From assembly GCF_009914755.1 (NCBI RefSeq), contig NC_060940.1: a stretch of 64,000 nucleotides of DNA; one strand, 5' to 3'. This stretch comes from the human T2T-CHM13v2.0 reference genome, Homo sapiens. Shown here one piece after another: positions 54,806 to 64,000 of this stretch (positions within the stretch are counted from its first letter, which is position 1; each line of letters begins with the position of its first letter). Below the pieces are notes generated by a model. That model was not told where the DNA came from and did not search any database. It saw only the letters and a program-made list of their open reading frames with translations. The position numbers were made by a program, and so were the translations under genes.

Positions 54806-55142
54806 GTGGGCCCATTTCATTTGCTGCTTCACGGTCTGAAAATACTGGGTTTCTTGATTCACTGGTTGTTTTCTTCCCCTCAGCAATGTTCAGGGAAGCA
54901 GAAAGGAGAAACCTTGTATATTCTGGTCCAGTTTTTTAATCCCCAGATTCCTGGTACCAGGAGTAGTATCTCATGCCTAACAGATTCTGAATAAGTGTTT
55001 GTCGATTTAATGACTAATGTCCAAATGGTACTTTTGTGTCAAGGTAGCAACTTCTAATGAAGCTGGCAGCAGTCAACTAAATGAAGAAGTCATTAGGTGG
55101 AGAATCAGTGATGTGATTAAGTAACAAATAAAAACAAGAGTA

Positions 55143-55435
55143 GGCTGGGCACAGTGGCTCACACGTGTAGTCCCAGTACTTTGGGAGGCCAAGGTTGGTG
55201 GATAGTTTCAGCTCAGGAGTCTGAGAGCAGCCTGGGCAACATGGCGAAACCCCATCTCTACCAAAAATACAAAAAATTAGCGAGGCATGGTTGCACATAC
55301 CTGTGGTCTCAGCTAGTCAAGAAGGAGGCTGAAGCAGGAGTATCACTTGAGCCTGGAAGGTCAAGTCTTCAGTGAGCCTTGATGGTGCCACTGCACTCCA
55401 GTCTAGGCGACAGAGTGAGACTTTATCTCAAAAAA
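55143..55435 (+). mobile_element. Alu (AluJ-like)
   Basis: Diverged sense dimer. Confidence 0.92.
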
Positions 55436-56534
55436 CAAAGAGGAGTCCAATCTTTACATGATCTAATTCCACAAAATGCATCTAAGATTATAGCTTAAGT
55501 GAGGGGGTAGGTTTTGTTTGTTACAGTTTTGTTTTGTGGGAGTGGCATGGTGTTACGGAAAACTCCTCTCATGACAGTGTGTGTCTGTCAGGTTAATTCG
55601 TTCAACAAACGTTTGTATTTATAATGGGCCAGGCACTGAAGTAGGACCTGCGAACAAGTAATGGAGCAGGGCTGAATGAAGCCCTCAGGGTAGTCAGTTT
55701 CTTACCAGGAAGACCTCTAGCTGCACCGACATCACAAGACAGCCGTTTTCTGCCTACTTGGAAGACCACTCAAGGCACCTGATAAATTCTTCGAAAGGTC
55801 TCTTAGAAGAGGTGAATCTTTGCCTTCCTTAAAGAGGCTAAGGTTAGCCAAGTGAACAAAGAGAGAATGGGGGAAGGAACTCCATGTGAGGGAGCAGAGG
55901 TGAAATAGAGACAGGAGCTCAGTTGCTTGCAGCTATTTGATTTTTTAAGCATAGAATCGATCTGTGCACTGGTATGCATAGGCTGTTAGGAGTAAAAAGT
56001 GGTAGATTGTTTTTAGAAGCCCTAAATATTAATAAGATAACGTGTGCCCACATGTGATTCAAAATAAAAATATTAGCAAAACTGATGTTCAGCCAACACT
56101 GAAATAGCCAGAATTCTACAACTTGGAATAAAATCTACAAAATCTACTATGCTCATTAATGCTAAGGACTTTGAGCTTTACCCTAAGAAAAATGCAGACT
56201 CCTCAGGGATTTTAAAGAGAAGAGTGGCTGTGGCTGCACTGTGGAGGATGGATTAAAACAAAGACAAAAACTGAGACCAAGAAATCAATCAGAAGCTATT
56301 GCCTGGGTTTCTGCAAGAAATAACGGCAGTGGAAACCAAGCAATGATGGTAAAGATAAAGTAAACAAATTTAAAAAATAATAATAAATGTAGATTTATCA
56401 GGGTTCAACTACTGGTAATATGTGGAGAAGAAAATTTAAGGAGGTTACTCAGATCTTTTTTGCAGGTAACTGTGTAGATCAGAGAAGAGCCATTGGTCTC
56501 ACTTTTTATCATCTGCAAAGAATCACCCCGCCCT

Positions 56535-56844
<310 letters not shown>

Positions 56845-56894
56845 TCACCCAGCCCTGATGGCTTCCTTTAGACACTCCCTTTACCCCACCTGGT

Positions 56895-57075
56895 CTGCAC
56901 TGTTCAGTACAGTAGTCACTACCCATATGTGGTTATTTAAATTTGATCCATTACAATGAAATAAAATGAGAAATTCAGTGCCTCAGTTATACTAGGCATA
57001 TTTCAAGTGCCCAGTAGCCACGTGGTTGGCAGCTACCATACTAAACAGTCTGGAAAGTTCTATGGAACAGCATTG
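56895..57075. mobile_element. MER3-like hAT-Charlie element
   Basis: gcactgttcagtacagtagtcact...atgtggttatttaaattt...atttcaagtgcccagtagccacgtgg...gaaagttctatggaacagc. Confidence 0.8.
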
Positions 57076-57339
57076 CAAATTGTTGCCAAATATGTCGGTG
57101 ATGCTGCCATTTCTCATGCCACCATCCTTCCATCTACTCTATCCAATCTCAATTGTGCATGACTCCTTTCAACATTTACATTTTGTTTTTCCTTTTCATC
57201 TAAAAGACATCAAGCCACTTCTGAAATCAGGAGTGTCTATCTACATAAAGGCATAAGTTAAACGCACAAATAGTTTGGAAGAGAAATGTGCCAGATTAGA
57301 AACCAAATCTTTATAAGTCCTTTGTTTTATATAAGACTA

Positions 57340-57631
<292 letters not shown>

Positions 57632-58429
57632 CAAGAGGCTTGGGACAAATGAGCTGGAACCTGTCAATGTCAAATAACAAGTAATTGTTTGAGTATTCCT
57701 AACAGAGTACCAATGGCCAGGAAGAGGGGGAAGAGTCATCCTAATGAGATTCAATTCATCTTCCTTTTAATAGTTGCAAAGAAATTTGTAAATAACCTAT
57801 AATCTGCTGGGGTTAGAAACAGAATGACAATATCTGAAAATGACAACAAGAACTACAACTCTACTCGATTTCAAGTTAAACAGAAAGAAAAGGTATTGTT
57901 TTGTTAATGAAGGGGTCAGGCAAGGGGACCCAGGAATTCATTTTAGATCAAGTGATACAGATATTTCACTTTCTGAGTTTTCTAAAGAGCCTCACAAAGG
58001 GATCCATCCACATCATGGAAAGAAGGTGGTTTGGTGAAACAGACAGAGGTGCTCTAACTTTAATAAATGTAATTGATACTGCCATTGAAAAAATGCATTT
58101 CATTGATTACCTATGTTCCCAGAAACTTTAGTATCAGAAAAACAGTCTGTCCACATTGAAGACGCCCAGTCATTGTGCAGAAAAATCGAACAACACCAAG
58201 ACAATCATGTAATCAATTGCTGACCACACAGATGTGCCAGGCACACCTGATAATGCTCTGGGACAGAAGACAGAATCGCGTGATACCATCCACTCCTCTG
58301 CTCCAAACCCTTGGCTGGCTCCTGTTCAGCTCGGAGTAAAGGCTGAAGCTCTCATCATGGCCAAGTAGTGGTGTCACGCTAATTTTGTGATTTGCATGAC
58401 CTGAACTCACCCCTTCTTCTTTGACTTCA

Positions 58430-58855
58430 TTTCCTAGTGCCCATCCCTCATTAACTGAGTCCCAGCTACACTGGCCTGATGGCTGATCTTGGAATATGCC
58501 CAGTATGGTGCTCCAGTGTGGAGCATTTTAAAGTCCTGCTTATTCTGCCCTAAACACTTCTCCCCATTGGGTTCACACCCTCATTTCCTCCTACACGTGT
58601 CCACCTCAGAGAAAACTTCCCTGAACACCCTGTATGAAATCTGCACCCCATCACTTCCCATGCCTGCCCCCTGCTTCACTTTCCTTCATTACACTTTACC
58701 CCCAACAGATTCGATAGATTCTAAATGCCTTTGCCTATGGTCCATTTCTACACTAGAGTGCAGGCACCAGGGATACAGGCACTGCTGTATTGCCAGTGCC
58801 GAGCCCTGTTCCTAGCATAGGGTAGACGTCGTAAATATTGGTTGAATAAATGAGT
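58430..58855 (+). mobile_element. L2 3' fragment
   Basis: ccagctacactggcct...cacctcagagaaaacttccctga...cctagcatagggtagacgtcgtaaatattggttgaataaatga. Confidence 0.7.
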
Positions 58856-59561
58856 GCCTCTGTCCTGATGGAATTTACATCCTAGATGGCAGATCTCTGT
58901 GCAAAAATATCAAGTGCTAAAATTACATCTTTCTGACACTACAGGAATGTCTTTCATTTACTCTTCAGTTTAATCAGGCAATAAATGAGAAGGCGTAAAT
59001 GGCATCTATTAAATCCTTTTCTATGCTGACTTGATGAGTGGGCTGGCAGAGGGAACTTTTAGACAGTATGGAGAGCTCATGGTATCTGAAAAAGCAGGAA
59101 AATGTAGGCAGTAAAGAAAAAAAAAGGACCCAGAATCAGGAATCGATGGGTACCATCAAAGGGTTAATGCGCTGGTCATGATTTCACTGAAAGTCAGCTG
59201 CATTTTGATGAATCGTATTTAAAGCACTCTAAAACTGAAAGAGTACCCAGGGACCATCTGGTCACCATGGAGGTGAAAACAGATGTCCAGAGCAGAACAT
59301 GACTTGTTCAAGGTCATGGAGTGGCCATGCTCTGCCTAGAACCCAATGTGCAGCCCTCCTGGGTACAACTCGAAGTTCAGGGCAGTCATTATTACGCCAT
59401 AGCCCTAATACTGTGGTCTCAACATGAAAGGCTGCCTGAGGGTTTGCATTCATCCAATAGGGAAGCAGGCTGGTTTGAGCCAGCAGGGGCTAGGCTGCTT
59501 ACACTGTTACACATGAACGAATGGACAGGGTTCTAAACCCTGAGCTGACATACAGACTAGC

Positions 59562-59904
59562 TGCTATGATCTGAATGTTTGTATCACTCCAACATTCACA
59601 TGTTGAAACCCAATCACCAAGATGATGGTCTTAGGAGGTAGGATCTCCTGGGAAGTGATTAGATCCAAAAGGCAGATGGAAAGATGAGTGCCCTTATAAA
59701 AGAGGTCCCAGAGAGCTGCCTTGCTTCTTCCACCACGTGAAGACACAGCAAGAAGGTGACAATCTATAACCCAGAAGAGGGCCCTCTCCAGAACTGGACC
59801 ATGCTAGCATCCTGCCCTCAGACGTCCAGTTTCCAGAACTGTGAGAAATACATTTCTGCTGTTTATAAGTTACCCTGTTATGGCAGCCCAAGTGGACTAA
59901 GACA
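59562..59904 (+). mobile_element. MaLR solo LTR (MLT1A-like)
   Basis: tgctatgatctgaatgtttgt...cccttataaaagaggtccca...ccagaactgtgagaaatacatttctg...gactaagaca. Confidence 0.88.
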
Positions 59905-62900
59905 CCATCCAAACAAAACACTTCTGTGGGCTGGGCCCATTATGGTCCAAAGGCCTCTACTGTCGACTCTTGGCTGTAGGTCCATTCTTTCTTCAACTGT
60001 CCTTTGACAAACAGAAGCCAAGCATGAGGAACATATCCATCCAGCAGGATTTACTTAGCCGGGATGTACACCATATTCAGCTGGTCCTGGCTATGAACCA
60101 TACATGTGGTCTAATGGGATTACTGCTGCTGAGATATTTGATTCAAGTTAACAGGGCATTACATGATTGATGACGATTTTATTTGTTTTTCAAGACCATC
60201 AGCTTCATTATAAAGATTGATCCCCTGGAATCCATTAAACTTGATATCACTGCACATTAAAATGCATCCTTAGCAGCCATTTGCTGGGGTGGAAGTGGGG
60301 AGGATAATGATCCCATTTCCAAAGGGTTTTTAAATGCAGTCTAGTCCATTTAAGTGTGTTTGTTTATGGACTATTCATTGCTTTGTGTCTGGAGACAGCT
60401 GGTGGTCATAGAACAGGTAAGAAATAAGACCTAGTTTTAATTTCTGGTTACTAGCTAGGTGACATTTTTCAGTTACATATCCTCTCTGAGCTTCAGGGAT
60501 CTTATTTAAAAGATGAAAAAGACAATAGCTTTATTTGGGGGCCGGCATGAGGATTAGTTATTTGTCTAGTACCTGGTACACAGAAAAATGTTAGTTATTA
60601 GTGTTAATGGAGAAGAAAGTTTTCAGGGAAAGCAAAAAAAACTAAACCATTAGAAATTTGTGTGAAAAGGAAGTGATCAGTATTTAAAAATACCTTAATA
60701 TACAGAAAGAGGAGGGTGGAAATCTATTACAGATTAAGATAAACACTTAAGTGCATTTGAAATTACTTTTTGAATAAGAATAAAATAGCGTTCTCACCCA
60801 AAATTTGACTTACCACGAAAATTTCAAGAAAGTATTTAGCATAAAAAGCAGGCAATTCTTATATTTTTGGAATTCTACAACCCGATAATAAACTATAACT
60901 GATAAACATTAATGTAGGATTGCCATCATTAATTCATCAGGCTTGAGATGGTCCTTTAGCATCCGTGTTTTTACAAGCTCCATGGGTGAGCCAACTGGGC
61001 CATCCTCACTCTTGAGTGCACAGCAAAACTGCAAGACAACATGACCATCTGCTTGTAAGTTACAAGTCCATGTTCCTTCCACCATTTCTATCTAGGCTCT
61101 CAACATGCAGAAAACCCTAGGCACATGAAGCTGCATTTGCCTGTGGCTAGTGGGACTATGGATGATCTTCCCTCAACAGCAGAGCTTCACAACAACTTTA
61201 TTTCTGGTCCAAGGAGGTCTAAGGAAGGATACAGCAAGCTGCCATACCAGAAGAGACCTGAGGAAGGCTGGTGAAATTCACATTTGGGGAAACTGGAAAC
61301 TCTTCTTAGGTCTTTCTGAATCAATTAGCAGTTAGTAAATGTGACCTGAGATGGGGTTGGAAGGTGGGTAGGGAGCGTTTGTAGGGGAGGCCAAAGTTCT
61401 CTGGAAAACCAGTAAGGTCCTTAGGACTGGCCTCTGAAAACCTCTGCAGCCTGTCAAGGACTCTGTTACTTGGCTTTCTACTCTGTGTGGCTCCATCATG
61501 GTAGCCTCATTGGTTCCCCAAGTCAGCCATACTTCTTCCTCCTACAGAGCATCTTGCACAAGTCATTCCCTCCACTGGGGCTGCTGGTGAGGTTTCCTCT
61601 CTGCCTAGTTAAGGTATCTTCCTATCACCTCTCAACTGAATCACCTTTTCCCTCAGGGCTGCGTTCACTCCCCATAAAGCATAACTTCATAGCACTATGC
61701 TCCTTTCTTTTGAAGCACTTGCCCCAGTTTTAAAAACATAGCTCCATGATTCTTTAATGGAAACACTCACCTTGACAGTGTTTTAAGCTATACATTCCAG
61801 AAGGGCAAAGATCACACCTTTTAAAAAGTCAATCATTTTATCTCTAGCGCCTGCCCTGACACTAAGGATTTAAAAAAAAATAGTAATAATGAAAGGATGG
61901 AAATAGACAATGGCAATAAGACCCTCGAGAAATTTGAATTGGAAAAGCCTTTTGGTATTTTTAGGTCTAGAGAAATGTGGTGGATATGAGTTAGATATGA
62001 TATTATTAATACCACTGCTACTCCAAGCTTCAATGATAGTCATGATATTTTCTAATGTTTTTGAAGCATTTACCACTATGAGTCAGGCAGGGTACCCAGC
62101 TACTCAATGTCATTTAGTATTCCTAACAGCACCCTAGGGTAGGGACAAGACCATTAATATTTTGTAGATGACAAAATCGAGCCTCAAAAGAAGTTTAGCA
62201 ACATGCCAAGGGCACCCAACTCTTTTGGGAAAGCCAGAATTTTCACTAGCCATTGACGACCAAGCTCTGTTACTAAATCATAATCTATAACTGCCTATCA
62301 TACTCCACCCAAGTTTTACCTAGAATCAGAGAATTTTTAATCTCTAGACATTCCAGTTGGGTAAATACAACTATTGCCACTTGACTGCAAGGGAAGTCAA
62401 AAGGTTAATCAACTTACTGTGTTTGCCGTAAAGGGAAATTTGAAATATCAGCAGAAAGAAATTTATCAATATGGCTTCAAACTGCTGTAAATTTAAAACA
62501 GATCACAGCCTTTCTACAAAAAATATGACTGCACTTCAGCATAAAGCCATTTAAAAATAACTATTTCCAGATACCATATGGGTTATGAACCAGTTTCACA
62601 TGAGTAGTATAATTTTTGAAGGAAGTCGTTATTAGAAACACAAGGCTGAAAAATCATTTTAGACCAAAACTACAGGAAATATTTGAAGGTAGGTATCTTA
62701 ATCGAAAAACAAATGTTGAAGCTGGTCAAGAGAAAACCTGCAGAGAGGAAGTTCAAAATTCCAGCAGACAGGGGAAATCCAAATTCCAAGAAGGCATGTA
62801 AGATGTGGAGATTGTTTTGTAAAACACAGAGACCAGGTGAATTCCAAAAACATTACTGTTGTCAGAGAGCTGCACATTAAACGCTATTCCAGCTTTGTTC

Positions 62901-62927
62901 ACTAAACAAGTGCCAGTCTTCATTGCC

Positions 62928-63235
<308 letters not shown>

Positions 63236-64000
63236 GGATTGCTTTCTAGGAGACCCATACTGTCCCAAATCTAACACAATTATTTCTACATGTAGAGTAA
63301 AGAAAAAATAGCTTTAGAATCTAAGTTAGACATGGGAAAGAAGAAAAATCAACTGTGTAGAAAGGAGAAACTTTGTGTATTTATTCCTACATAAGTGAAA
63401 TACACTGTATACAAAAGAAGGGCAGAGTCCTCATTTTTCCAAGTTTCCCAAGTACAAATATAAAGGATGTTAGACTTCCCACAGGCCATGGCTATAATGT
63501 TAAAATGCTATAATTAATATAACTTTTCCACTGCAAACATTTTCATTATCATTCAGCAGATGTTATATTAAAAGAAAGAAATAACTCCATGCTAAAGGGA
63601 ATGCTCTTCTTTTTGACAAGTTTAATGGTTTCTTCTTAACTAGATAGTTATGTAGGTCTCATAGAATTTGGAGTCATTAACACAGTGATGTTAATCTATT
63701 CCAAGAACTGAGTAAAACTGCCCACTATACAGAGCATGAGAAGAAAATAGGATTTATACAAAAAAAGAGAAAATGTTGATATTTAGGATGATTGCAAACT
63801 GGTAGCAGACATGTGCTTTGTTTTGCCCATGCAGAGCTTACAAAAAATGTTGAGTAAGTTGCCCACATTAAACATTGGAAGATTTCACATCATATCCAGA
63901 TGTTGGCTTGTCTGGAAAACTCAAAGCAGGCAACACTTGGACCTTGATCCTGAAAAACTGAAGACAGCAAGCACCTTCCCTACTGAGATGTAGCCTCCTG

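Overview
This is primate, very probably human, genomic DNA from inside the ADAMTS18 metalloprotease gene, which lies on the minus strand. Nine coding exons are present: 33561-33843, 30308-30501, 29922-30005, 28225-28384, 25438-25543, 22060-22197, 19853-20006, 7826-7921 and 1878-2026. I number them exons 4-12 from memory of the gene. All have AG/GT boundaries and splice into one open frame covering the late prodomain, the furin site, the catalytic domain (HESGHNFGMIHD plus Met-turn), the disintegrin-like domain and most of TSR1. Everything from 33844 to 64000 is one long upstream intron. The non-coding sequence holds about 36 Alus, several L1 pieces, ERV1/MaLR solo LTRs, L2/MIR and DNA-transposon relics, and simple repeats. 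I found no RNA gene, no CRISPR array and no credible second protein-coding gene; most ORFs in the track are repeat-derived noise. I do not see a new biological system. The notable signals are local records of retrotransposition and DNA repair: a 58-bp templated insertion inside an Alu, a 5'-inverted Alu, an Alu-associated fold-back hairpin, a twin-primed L1 and a target site used twice. There is also a palindromic AT-rich array and a cluster of POU octamer motifs that may mark an enhancer. Exon coordinates were read base by base. Repeat boundaries are approximate and subfamily names come from recalled consensus sequences.
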